A stretch of DNA of 61,517 nucleotides, counting the filler, from Rhabdomonas costata (lineage: Eukaryota): NCBI GenBank assembly GCA_019059605.1. It is 20 parts of 20 records of this genome, joined end to end, with 100 filler letters (N's around TTAATTAATTAA, not from the genome) between each part and the next. Parts side by side here need not be neighbours in the genome. Positions count along the whole stretch, not along the records: positions 24,670 to 27,651 come from JAHMHO010001605.1; positions 27,752 to 30,732 come from JAHMHO010001606.1; positions 30,833 to 33,813 come from JAHMHO010001607.1; positions 33,914 to 36,893 come from JAHMHO010001608.1; positions 36,994 to 39,971 come from JAHMHO010001609.1; 15 more parts are not named here. One strand, 5' to 3'. Under the pieces are notes generated by a model. That model was not told the origin of the DNA and did not search any database. It saw only the letters and a list, made by a program, of their open reading frames with translations. The position numbers and the translations under genes were made by a program. Below are positions 25,090-37,277 of the stretch, piece after piece; within the stretch, counting starts at the first letter, position 1; each line of letters opens with the position of its first letter.

Positions 25090-27430
25090 CCTTGATGCAG
25101 CTCGTCAAAAGCTTGTCCATAATGTTCAGCCTGGATGCGCCTCCTTCCGTGGAAGCAGGAATCGCTCCGGGCTCCAGAAACAATAGGTCCGCTTTTCTGA
25201 TCGACGATGTAGGTTCCAGGAAGATCTGGAATGTCGCAGCCTGATAGCAGCCCACTTCGCCAAGACGACAAGACAAAGAAAGGTACGCACTGTTTCGTAT
25301 CTCGCGGTATATCCCGCAATACAATGGAGGGTACACATCAAGAAGTCTACTGTGTGTGAGCGATTGATAAAAGCTATTCGCACAAATTTGTATTCCCAAT
25401 ACATCACATTCCTTGATTTGCAGCGCAGAACAAAACAACAGTCCCTTGAAAGCAAATGGAGTGAAGAAACCCACCGATTATAGAGCAGATTACAAAAAAA
25501 AACCATGCACACAATTTGCACACGACAACCTTTCCGAGAACTGGAAACTGATACCCCTCCTGGGTCGCCATGTCGCCGACAACCTTGCGCCCTTTCCAGG
25601 AACGTTTCCGCGTCTTAGCAGCATGATGAATTTCCGCCACAGTCTATTACAGAAGACGATACAAAGGAGACAATGCACACACAAATCAGAGTTTCACAAC
25701 TGCAACCTCTCCAAAAGAACACATGGAACTCGCCCACAGTTCTGGGCCCTGTAACCCAAATGCAGAATCCCCGCGGCAGATGACAGCGCATAAAACAAGA
25801 CATTCTGCCAGCGGCCTGGTCGTTAGACAGCATTCCGTGCTTATTTTTTATGCACGATACACAGGATTTAATTTGGGAGCAACATTGGGGTGAAAGCACA
25901 AGGGTACAGCAGCATAGGAAAAAATGAACAGAAGGCAGGGATGGAGTGGGGAAGGAAAAGGTTTTGGGGAAGAGCTTGAGGAATGAGAGAGGAGGCTGAG
26001 ACAGTCCGTGGTTAATTTTCACCACTTGGGATTGGGAGAGAGGTTCCGATTCCTATGCAACGGTGAGAGATGATGTGAAGGCAGTTGCAGGTGTATGTGT
26101 GTGTGAACGAGTGCAACGCCGCTTGCTGGCACCCCCATATCACCCCCGAAGTGTTCTCGCCCCGTTGGCAACCGTGGCATAGACCCGAAGAAATGCAATG
26201 GCCCTTGTGGTCGTACCTACACTTGTCCTTGCAGAGTGGTTTGTCACCCGTCGGCTTCGGAACAGCTAGAGCCTCTTGCCGGAGGCTCTGACTTCAGAAG
26301 CTGTGACAATTTTAAATGAGGGGCCATCTCGGGGCTCGCGAGTGCACGGGCTGAGCATCTCGTCACGCCTGACAAGACTGCCCAGCGGGACTCGATATTT
26401 GGCGACCAGAATCCTGCGGGGGTATCGCGTGAGTGACAATGGCTTTGTTCTGTATACCTGGTTCATTTGTTATATTAACCAGAACAGGAGCAAAATAAAC
26501 GGCCTCTTCCCCACCTTCTTCAGCTTCTTCGCATCCAAGGAAATTTTTCGTGCCCCGGAGCATGACGACAGAGTGCAGCGACCCCTCGACTGCTCCGGAA
26601 GAAGCGTCTCCAGAAGATCGATGAAATCAAACACAATGCAGCGACCAATGGAGCTGAAAATGTATGTCAGCAGGGACCGCAGCCCGCAGGAATTCATGCA
26701 CTGCAACAGTTCTGCCCTCGAGAAGAAGTGAACACGGCAGGATAGCGGAGCCCAAATGTAGCCCATATTAAAGCCATCAAACACATCAGAAGGATCCCCG
26801 CTGAAGGTACCATTCGAGTTGGGGCCTAAACGTGGAACAGAACGGAACCAACACGTGTTCTTTCATTGCTATTTCATTGGGGAAGGTTGCAAGCAGAAGC
26901 CCTTATTTTCCTGAAAACATTTCTGATAGCCCGGACATCTGAACCAAGGCAAGAAAAGTGGTGTCGTGACGGTCCGCCGAACGCGAGCATCCAACAGAAC
27001 AAGCATGAGTAAAAATTCACCAAAAAGGGTGACGACGGGATCTGCGGTGATTTCTGGCATCCAATATCCTGAATCGACAAAAATGAAGACCCGAAGCGCT
27101 CTGGCTTCAGCCCCCAAACATGAGAAAAACCTTTTGGACAAGCAAATGGGTGAGCTTTGCTGCTGACATTATCTTCAGGGCACCAGCACGTCTGTGGGAG
27201 GGAGGAGGGTGTCTCATCACATTCCCACACCCAAGCGAAGCCAACGCGCCGAGCTGGAAGCATATAGCTCCGGAGTGCACAGTGGTAGTGGGGCAGGCAT
27301 GGACCGTTGCCGGGTTTTCTGGTCGAATCGTGCCTCGTGGGGAACTCGGAAGAGCAGCTGTCCGATGTACGGCACGGAGGCAGCAGCGGGGTTATCGTCC
27401 AGCCAGGATAAGAAGATTTCAAGGTGATAC
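25090..27430 (-). CDS. Hypothetical multi-exon protein, boundaries approximate
   Basis: Protein-like AG/GT-flanked segments: HLEIFLSWLDDNPAAASVPYIGQLLFRVPHE, AELLQCMNSCGLRSLLTYIFSSIGRCIVFDFIDLLE, TVAEIHHAAKTRKRSWKGRKVVGD and FQIFLEPTSSIRKADLLFLEPG. No family recognised. Confidence 0.4.
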
Positions 27431-27801
27431 TGCCCGGTTTCAAAGAGTAAAAATCGCCCTAAAAGCACGTTCCCACGTTCAAAACAGCATCTCGCTTCAC
27501 TTTGCAACGTTCAAGCTCACAAGGAAGAAAACTATGACGAAGCACCTTCCCATGCAGTTCGATTCAATGGCACCAGATGGATCGCGACAATTGAGGGGCC
27601 AATAAGTCGACCTCGCAGGATGGGGGAAAGCGGAAACGTCCACCCAACAACNNNNNNNNNNNNNNNNNNNNNNNNNNNNNNNNNNNNNNNNNNNNTTAAT
27701 TAATTAANNNNNNNNNNNNNNNNNNNNNNNNNNNNNNNNNNNNNNNNNNNNTTTGTGGTTGGGAGAAGGGTGGGTCTGTGGTGGGAGCGGGGTGGTGGAA
27801 C

Positions 27802-30296
27802 CTGGTGGCTCATAACCAGGTTGGTCAGCCGGATAAACCGGAACAGCCTGGACTGCTGGAACCGCTCCCACTCCGTCTCGAAGAAGCTGAACCGCCCGCT
27901 CAGGGAGTAGTGGATCCCCACGGAGTTGCTCGAGGTCCACCTGGCCCAGGGCACAGGGAAGGGCAGTGATTGAGACAGAGAGAGAGGATGTGTGTGTGTG
28001 TGTGTGTGTTTGAGCGCACACGCTGGCTGGTTGGCTGGACTGTTAGTGACCGCTATCGGCTAACGCGCTGTTGGCCACGAGTTCTCACGAAAGGTACCGT
28101 TGGAGCGAACGGAGCCGTGCGGTACGGGCTCACCGCAGAACGTTCCATATATAACCTCCCGGTTCCCGGGCCTTGTCGCGCAGCTGCTTTCTTCCACGGG
28201 CTACCCGCGCTGCTCCATTGCTGCTCGGGTCTCTGAGGCTCCACATTCCCTTTTTGGATGTGGGGTGCTGGGGCTTCTTTCGCGGAACCGACCCTTTGAG
28301 CTTTTCCTTTTCTTTCGGATCTGTGAACGGCAGCTGCGGTATCTGCAAGCGTTGCCATGCCGGCACATCACTCTATGGTTGCATTGCGGCATTTGCTGCC
28401 CACTTTCACCGTGCCTGTGCCCTTTCACTGTGTGTGTGTGTGTATGTGGCCGTGTACGTGTGCATATGAGAGAGATTGCGCCACGTATTACAGGGTGGCA
28501 ACACAAATTTTCCCTGAGGTCATCAGACACCAGCGGCGAATGCTCAGCCATTGGGGATTTGATCGAGGCCGTCACAAAGCGGAAGATGGGGTCGGGAACT
28601 TTGGATCTATCTCGATCTATGACGATCTATCACGAACGACTATCGACTATCAAGGAGAAGAAAAAATAGCAATAACAGTATACACACCAGCAACACTTCA
28701 CACTCGAAAGCGCGAACCAGCTGAAAACCCGTCCTTTGTATCTTTAACCACTATCTAAGGCCGCGTGCCTTGGGAGGCAGCCTCTCGTACTCCACACGAT
28801 CACCCCCCCCCCGAACCCCCTGTTCCTGTTGGGTGCAGTGGGGCACACCCTATCCGGAGCTGGTCGGCAACTTTGGTGAGCGCCGCCCACTGGTTCTCGC
28901 GGAAGCTCTCCACGGTGCACGGCAGCTCCAACCCATCGAGGGTGGCGTCACAAAGCAGCCCAGTGCGGTACTGCACCAGAAGACACAGGGAGACCGAGGG
29001 ATGCGCACATCGCAGACTGACATTCGCTCAGGTTGTGTTTGTTCCAAAAAAAAGATCGTCCCCCTTTTTGAATGTGTGACGTGGCCCAGTGCCACCAAGG
29101 GAAACAAGGGGACTGCAACAGCTGACTATTTTTTGCAAACGTGCTCCAAGTAAAAATATTGCCCAAAACTCAGCAGTCAGCGAAGGAGCAGCACGTGTGG
29201 GTGCCAGTAAAAGTGTGGATAAACCTGGAAGGGAATGCAGGCAAAATCCGTGAGTTGAACCTCCATCGGAGTGACAAGCCAGTTTGTTTGCTATGTCGAA
29301 AACCAAACCTCGTCCTCGCCAATGCGCGGATCAAAACCAAAAAATTATCATTATCAACTAAAAGGCAAGAACCACTGGTGGGCTGGTGACTGGGAAGGGG
29401 AAACTGTCGTGGGAAAGGGCTGGGCGGTAAACAGAGGAACCTCAACCCAGGTCTCAGAAAGCCGCTCGTATGCTTCACGCAACCCCGGGTTGGTCAAGAA
29501 CAGGCCCTTGTCCACCTTTGCGCGGGCTTCGTCGAAGCTCAGCTCGCGGGGGATCTCCAGGGTGGCCTTGATCCTGAGCGGTGAGAAGTGGCATGCTTCA
29601 AAACTGGGGGGCATGGAATATGAAAGTGGCGGCAAGAGGGCGAAGAGGGCTCAGACAGTTTTGAGTGATCGAATCAACTTAACAGGTGCGCTCGATCGAG
29701 GACTCTCCACACACGACCCTGCGCAGACTGAAAACAAATTCCCACGCTCTCGGGTAGGGAGCAACCAAACTACTCCAGAGGACAGCTTGCTGACAAATCC
29801 CCCGCACGGACTCTGCACAGACGACACTCCACACACGACATTCCAAGCTTCAACATTTGTCGAAAGATAGCCGCAAAACAAAATGAGCATGAAAATCGCG
29901 AAAGGACAAACCACATCGCGTGTATTTGCAAGAGAGTTGTGGCATGGATGGGATGGACCCAGCAGTCTAAGGCTTTCCGTAGTAGGGAGCCTTGACGGGT
30001 CGGACACGAAGATAAACATAATTGCGCCCAGGTCGAAATTGAACACAGTCACAGTACAGCGTTTTGAAAAGGTGCATTTGTTTTGATGAGGAGAGAGGAT
30101 GTGGGCTTAAGGTGAAGGGGTGGGCGAAAGAGCGGCACCTCTTTTTCTGCGGGGACTGCTCCTTGGGCTGTGGGGTGGGCACGGGGATGCTCAGCGAGGT
30201 AAGGTGCTGTTGAAAGGCAGCGTTGCTGGTCAGCTGGTGCTCAAACGCAGAGCGACGAACTGCCAAATTGTGCATTGCCCGCATCTCCGACAATGC
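27802..30296 (-). CDS. Axonemal inner-arm dynein heavy chain, N-terminal tail fragment (DNAH1/3/7-like); exons 30296-30139, 29573-29441, 28970-28849, 27940-27802
   Basis: LSEMRAMHNLAVRRSAFEHQL, SFDEARAKVDKGLFLTNP and ESFRENQWAALTKVADQLRIGWTSS...FSFFETEWERFQQSRLFRFIRLTNLVM follow the order and pattern of single-headed dynein tails as I recall them. Phases are consistent. Confidence 0.65.
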
Positions 30297-30982
30297 CTGC
30301 ACACAAATACACAAGCATAGCCACCCTGTCAGACAACTCCAGACCTCTAAATACACAAAAGAACCCATACAATTCCGGATGGGTGCATTCACTTGTACAA
30401 AAGAAACAAATGCTCGATCGGAGATACTATTCGAGATTGCATGAACCGGACATACGCAACAGTCACGGAATAAAGTGACGAGCGGAGCGGATGCTGTTCA
30501 GGTTGCATTTGGAAGCAAGTGTCTCCTGGAACTATTGGATCAAGGATTATTGCAACTTTCTGAACAGAATTTTACGGTCGCTGATTCCTCACTCGTTCTT
30601 CCTATTGAGCAAAAGGAAATGCTACGAATGGTAAAATTCGATCTACATATGAGCTCAAAGGTATAGATGATGTTCGAATGCTCAGCCAAGGGACACAATT
30701 TCCGCGGACTTCACAACTTGACTATCACCCAANNNNNNNNNNNNNNNNNNNNNNNNNNNNNNNNNNNNNNNNNNNNTTAATTAATTAANNNNNNNNNNNN
30801 NNNNNNNNNNNNNNNNNNNNNNNNNNNNNNNNCCGTCGGGGGTGTCACCCTTGCTGAGCAGCCAGTTTCCCCTTCCAGCGGTCAGGCAAGAGGGACATCT
30901 GCCTGCTCTTCGTAAACAGTTTTGAAACACGTCGCAGCAAAAGCTACGCTTCGAAGCACTCACTGGGAAAAAGCCTCGCTTC

Positions 30983-33813
30983 ACCTCAGCTTTGTCCTGC
31001 TTGCTTTTGTATTTTGCCGAGTTGCACTTGTTTCTCAGAAGACCCCAGCCATTCATGGTTGGTTGCCTGCAGGCTTGGTTAAAAACTTTCAATAAATTTG
31101 AGGTACTAGCACTTGCGACAAAATGTTGGCCCGGGTGGCCTCCTTCGCTACACATAAACTGCTCACTCTCTCCTTCGCGCTCAGATATACCCCCAACAGA
31201 AGTAACGAGCTCGATTTTATGATCCGTCAAACAGTAGGACGGATTACTTTCCTCAATCATTTTTTGGTAGCTGAAAGTTCCCTTCTTTGACACCTTGTAA
31301 TCGATGACCAAAACAAAAACAGCGATGAAGACTCCACTTGCCCAAATACCTCGAAGAAACCACTTTAAAACGGTAAAATCTCCATTTAAAACGCCTTCGT
31401 GTTGCGCAGATTAGACTTGGCCGCCACCTGCAATGCACAACCGGCCTGAGGGTGCGAGTACCCGTCGCGCAGCGTTCCAGGAGGCCCACTGTATACAGCA
31501 GCTTCGGCTTTGCCGCCGAATTCACTAGCGGCATGCATATCTTTGCGCCTCACCTTAGTGGTACCGCCTCACTTGCGAGTTCCCAGACCCAAGGTCCCAA
31601 AAATTTTCGAGATCCAAGGTCCCAAACAGGACCTTGGATCTCGAAAATGTTGGTTGAAAGTTTGATGAAAGTTAAGAATAAATTTCATTGAAAGTTTCAG
31701 TGAAAGTTTCACGTTGAAAGTTTCATTGGAATGTAGGTTACGGCGGGGAGCACGAGTCGTTTAACGGCGTTACACACCCAATTACCGGAGCTGGATGAGA
31801 GCGGTTCGCAAGCGCAGTTGCACATACGAGCAACCACCACAGACAAAAAATAATGAGACCTGGCATAGAAATATTTCGCGCTTGTGGTCCTCGCATTCGT
31901 TCACCAGCTGAAGGGCCTCCTCGGCTTTTTCCGGAATTTCGCCAATGTCGTAGATCCGTTGCTGCTTCTGCATTGCGCACACGCACGCACCGCAGGGTGT
32001 CTAAGGCAACTTTACCCAATAAACTCGACCTCTCCTTTCAAGCCATACATATTACACCAAAAAGGTAAAACTTGAAGACAAGAATAGGAAATAAAGACGC
32101 TTCTTGGACCTTTGCACACTCATCCCGAGCTTGCTGACGAAGTGCCAAGCCCAGGAAGTGAGTTCGTGAGTTCTTTTTCTCGTCATGTTTTCAAGATCCC
32201 AAAGGTGTGTGTAAGGGTAAAAAATCTACACCTTCTCTCTCAAACCCCGAAGTTTGGCAATCCGCTCGTTCAGAAACGCCATCACTTGGTTGTCCAGACT
32301 GAACTGCTTCAAGTCGCAAGGCAGGCACGAGCCTTCGAAGTCCAGAAACGCATTCATCTGGCATATCTTCTGAATGATAGCGCAGGCCAAGAAAGTTTTC
32401 CCTGAGTGAGGAGCCACGTTGACACAGTCAGGTTCTTCTTGCCACAGCTATCAGTTCACCATCACACGAAAAAGCACAGCAGCACACCTGTTCCAGGAGG
32501 TCCCTGAATAAGCGCCACACGGTTCCTAAAGGCCGCAGTCAAGGCCTTCACCTGGGGTTCGTTGAGCTCCTTGGACCGACAACTGTAGTCCCACACAACC
32601 TCTTCCACAATCTGGTTCAGAGGGGAGTCCTTGATCTGCTCACTCGTTCCGGGGACAAGTTTCCTGCGATGATAGTACCGCTCCATGTACTGTGGAAGAG
32701 CATCCTCGGGGCGCTCTGAGGCCGCCAACGCTGGAGAGCGAAGCTGCTGAACCAGGGAATACGCCATACAGGACACCTTCAGGCGGAAGCGAGCAGTTAG
32801 GAGCGCCTTTAGACTGGGTTCGTAGGCCAGAAAAAATCCAGGGCAAATGGTGAGCTGGGTTTCCCGCGGAGCTCCTAGGGCTGCGGAGCTGGCCTTTAAG
32901 GAGGACTGCCAGGTTTCGAACCCATCCTTCAGGAATCGCACAAAGACTACCCCTGTGAATGAAGGTGCAGGTTTGGAAACGGAAACGGCCAAAGCAAACC
33001 CAAAGAAAACCGAGCCAAGCAATTCTCTGTTTGTATAACATTTAGGACCTGTGCTTCACCCTGTTTTCCCATAAAAATAGATTGATAGAGTCACGCGAAT
33101 GGGAGACGAGAATCATGCCGAACGGCATGTACACAAGGCACAACAACCCAAAGTAGCCCAGAAATAAAGTCAGCAAGACCTCCGCCGGTTTCTTCACTGT
33201 CCGTGGGCAGAGGTGGGACCATAACGGCAAAGCTGCAGTTAATAAATCCGTCGCAGGAGAGGCAGAGCAGGTCATAGAAGCGGATCTGCGTCCGCTCCGT
33301 CAGTTCGGGATCAATGAATGACAAGCAGTACATGACACCCCTTGGAACGCAAAAGGGGGGGAGGGCACTTGCACTTGCACTTGACTGGTTTGCCAGCAAT
33401 GGTGTTATGCCGAAGAAGGTACGTGCAGCCAACTCTTTCCATTCATTCAAACTGTGAAGCACTTGCATCGATGCCTCCCGCAAGCACCCTGCAGCAACCA
33501 TTTTCTTCTTTGACTTGAGACACAGTGTTAAGTAAGTTTGCACGTGTGTGTGCTTCAGACAAGTGTGCAATCAACCTTTCACATTTTGCCTGCAAACCCG
33601 ACCCTATGCATCCCCAGAGATTCATGGCCGCGAAAACTGAAAAGCTGGGATTCGACCCACCCAACAACACAAGAGCGTAAAAAAATGCAACAGACAGGGC
33701 GCTTTTACCTTTCTTCGAAGTACTTCCCTTCCAGCTGCACGTGTCGCACGAGCTTCAAATCATGCTCGCGCCTCCCACAAGTCCTCAAGGTCCCAACATT
33801 TCGAAGCAACAAA
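30983..33813 (-). CDS. ZNFX1/Hrr1-like Upf1-family SF1 helicase, internal fragment; core exons ~33470-33135, 32952-32488, 32401-32232, 31967-31860
   Basis: LNEPQVKALTAAFRNRVALIQGPPGTG|KTFLACAIIQKI, with Walker A split by an 86-nt GT-AG intron (32487-32402). Upstream motifs YDLLCLSCDGFINCSFA and FFLAYEPSLKAL resemble ZNFX1 GSLVCLSxDNF and YFEAYxxVLxAL. Confidence 0.75.
31603..31730. repeat. Intronic 20-bp perfect hairpin (31603-31622 / 31629-31648) followed by TGAAAGTT repeats
   Basis: ATTTTCGAGATCCAAGGTCC-caaaca-GGACCTTGGATCTCGAAAAT, then five TGAAAGTT units. Confidence 0.8.
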
Positions 33814-33913
33814 NNNNNNNNNNNNNNNNNNNNNNNNNNNNNNNNNNNNNNNNNNNNTTAATTAATTAANNNNNNNNNNNNNNNNNNNNNNNNNNNNNNN
33901 NNNNNNNNNNNNN

Positions 33914-35283
33914 TTTTTGTGGTGGACCTGAACTGCAACTTCGTTGGCCACGTCGGGGTTCGCCCAGTCCTGATCGTATGCTGCCGCAAGTCTCGTGGGA
34001 AGAGATCAAAGCGGGGGTGGGTTTCTGCACGTGTGAAGTGGACAGGGGTGTGTTGCTCCACTGTACTGGCGTGAAAGATATTTCCTTATGTGCTGTTTGT
34101 GAGTAGCGAAACACGACGTTCAGCGTGACAGGATGTCCGTGTAGATAAAGTGAAGAAAAGGCTGGAGATCTTTTTTGAGTTAGGTGTGCCAAGCCACACA
34201 GCTAAACAAAGAAGTCAAGACAAGAGTGAGAGGGGAGACCAAGAGAGGCAAGACTATAGAGTGGCAAGACTATATATACCAACCTTTGAGGGAGGTAGTG
34301 GATGTCTCAATCGTGTTGTCTCCACACCAAAAGGGGTAAGCTAAAACTCGACCCCCAAAAATATTGCCCAGTACCAAGTGGGACTTTTTGTTGTGGTAGC
34401 ACGCCATTGACAAGGCAGGTATTTTCTTGGTAATATGGCTCGCTCTTGTTTGTGTGGTGTTTCGGCATTTGAGAAACATTCAAAGAGACTCATCACACTC
34501 ATTTTAACCTGCACCGGTGATAAAAGATGGCTGCAGCCAACAGGAAACCCGTGCGTTGGACAGGTTGTCCAGCTGGCCACCCACTTGGTGAAGCTCTGCT
34601 TGTCGAACAACTTCCTGAACAACGAGTCTGTCGTGCTGCTGTGCTCGGTGGTGCTGGAGCACCCCTCTCTGTCCCACATCGACCTCAGCAAGAACCCCAT
34701 CTCCCAAGTCGCGGGAAAGGTGCCCTCCGGGCCGGGTTTGGGATCGGGATTGAGGGTCGTGCTTTCGCTCTTCTTGAGGTCTGTATGTCATGGTCTGTTA
34801 TGGAATGTTATGGTCTGTATGTCAACATCATGATTGTTTATTCCATTTACTACCAAAATCTCAGAATTTCCTTGGGACAGATCATTATTATGATATTCCG
34901 TTTCAATTTGAAAGCCTCCCATCATGGACTGACTTGTGTTGTGTCTTGTGCCGCAGAGCCAAGATTCGAGGTGCGTTTATTTGTTGGACATGCGTGTACG
35001 AGAATCAGCGGGCTGGGGGCCATAATGCGCTTATGCCTGTTTTTTCAACGCTTCTATTTTGAGGTCTGTGTCTTTTTCTCAGCGACTGTCCGACTTGGCG
35101 TCTCGCAACACTCGAATCTTTGATATTGACCTGAGGGAGACCCTGATCAACCCCGCGCTGATCGCCATCATAGCCCGAAAGACCGCCGCCAACCGGGCAG
35201 CTGCCCCCTCCCTTGCGGTTGCTGCCGCGGCAACCGCGAAGTCCTTGGAAGCGCTTCCCGTCCCTCAGGCCGGAATCCGCGAG
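33914..35283 (+). CDS. RNI-like leucine-rich repeat protein, partial; exons ~33914-33975, 34564-34719, 35083-35283 (possibly a further exon from 35742)
   Basis: VDLNCNFVGHVGVRPVLI / LVKLCLSNNFLNNESVVLL / LSHIDLSKNPISQVAGK / IFDIDLRETLI, joined by phase-0 GT-AG junctions. Confidence 0.8.
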
Positions 35284-36743
35284 GTGCCGGTATTGGGCTT
35301 CCACCGCTTGCTTCGTCCACCTCGACCTTTTTTGTGATATCAATGGGTTTTTGGACTCTTTTGAACCTTGAATGGCCTGGAAACCCAGGTCTGCATGTTT
35401 TTGATTTCCTTTTGTCCGTCACTACGTGTAATTTGGGCATCTGGGAATTTCACATCACCCTCCTTTTCACCGCCAAACCTCCTTTTCACACGCTCTCTTC
35501 TCATGCCTCTCCTCTTGTAAATTAGTGGCTTAGTGCCTCTTGTGTTTTTTTGTTGTAAGAAATAGGAATTTGTTGCGTTGCCTTTTTCTCTTTGCAATGG
35601 GTTTCACCCCCAAATGAAAATTTTCAACTTAGCCGATAGTCCAAGCGGTCGGTGTAGTTTGGTTGCTTCTGCCTCTGGTTTTTTATTCTTGGGAAACGCA
35701 AAAGGGATGAGCTTGTTGGATTTTGGTGCCTTTTTTTTTAGGTATGGGACTCTCCCACCGGAGCGCTGGAGCTGTTGCTCTCGCTGCAGGGATCTCCATT
35801 GGGTGGGGTTGATGTCGTGCTGGCCGCCGCGAAGCCCTTCTCCGGTTTGCATAAGTGCCGCACCTCCAGAGGCGAGCTGAACAAAATGACCCTGAGCTAC
35901 CCCTGCCTTTTCCTCTGGCACCGTATGGTGCAGTGAAAATGCAAAAAATATTTGTTCTTCAGGGGAGCTTAACTGGGACTTTCTATGCTTTCGACTGCTC
36001 GCAGCGGCATCAGTCAGCACCAGGCCTCACGATGATAAGGGGTCAATATGGACGGTGGGGGTGGAGGGTGCGATGTTCCGTGTTGCAAGGCTTGAGGCTA
36101 CCACTCTTCTGGCCAAGGTTTTAATGGAACACAAGGCATTGACCATTTTTTTTCAGAAACTCATGCTGTTGCTCCACTTCCTCAACCAGCTCCCGCAAGC
36201 AGTTCTTCGCCGCACCTGGGCAGGTCTGTAGAAATCTCTGCTGGAATGGGTAGATGTGGGAGACGGTGGTTTGGTTTGCTCGTTGCTTCTCAGACCTCAA
36301 TTTGGTTGGGAAGGATGCTGTGAGGAATATCCGCAGGGCCTCATTCACTCAGCTCTACCTTTCTGCTTGCAGCCCGTTTTCCCTGCATGCAGCTCGTTTT
36401 CATGCAGAAAAGGAGGGCAGGGAATCGGGTTAATTCTGCACCTTTGTGCCGTACTGCTCTTATTGAAAACATTGGGATTGTCCGCCTCATCTTCCTTCTC
36501 AACTGCACCACTACTGCTACTCACCTTTAGATCGATCAAGAGCCTTGTAAACTTTTGTTGTTGCTGTCCTTCATCTCCATTTCCTTTCGCTTTCTTCTCT
36601 ATTAAACTAAACATCAGCCTTTTCATTCGATTGGAACTTATTGGCTGAACTGTCACAGCGAAACATGGCTTTAGTCCTTTGGCTTGTAATTCCAATGTCG
36701 CTCAATACCGTTGGGAAGCAGGAGCAGGGAATGTGCAGGGGCT

Positions 36744-36887
36744 GTGGTTCCTTTTTCTCGCCCTCAGTGCAACGACACAGCCTCAAGGAGAGGTCTCTTC
36801 CCCCCTTGCCCTGCTACTGGGCCTCGGGGGGAAGAGACCTCTCCTTGAGGCTGTGTCGTTGCACTGAGGGCGAGAAAAAGGAACCAC
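36744..36887. repeat. Terminal fold-back inverted repeat (62-bp arms 36744-36805 / 36826-36887), probable amplification artefact
   Basis: Perfect reverse-complement arms at the contig end. Confidence 0.9.
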
Positions 36888-37277
36888 CACCCCNNNNNNN
36901 NNNNNNNNNNNNNNNNNNNNNNNNNNNNNNNNNNNNNTTAATTAATTAANNNNNNNNNNNNNNNNNNNNNNNNNNNNNNNNNNNNNNNNNNNNAGATTAA
37001 TAGCGGGCATGTAGGAGAACTCTCGTGATGGTATTGAACTGCTACATCCTGGCTCGAAAGAGACGCGTTGGATGTATGGTATTGGGGTGGGGAGGGATGA
37101 AGGTTTTTTTCAGCATTTGCAAGATCGTTTGGGCCGAAAGTAGACCGAGGCGTTGCTGTTCACAATCCGGCTGTGCTCCGAGGATAGTTTGACGTTCTGA
37201 TTAGTTCGTGATCATTATATGGTCGTCATTATTTCTATATAATGAGGGGTTGACATACATTGAGTTTCTCGTTGCAG

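Noticed and set aside
29271..29870. Long six-frame ORFs such as 29271-29870(+), 6374-7198(-) and 50319-50981(-)
   Set aside because: They are antisense or off-frame shadows of GC-rich exons, or intron read-through, with no recognisable motifs.
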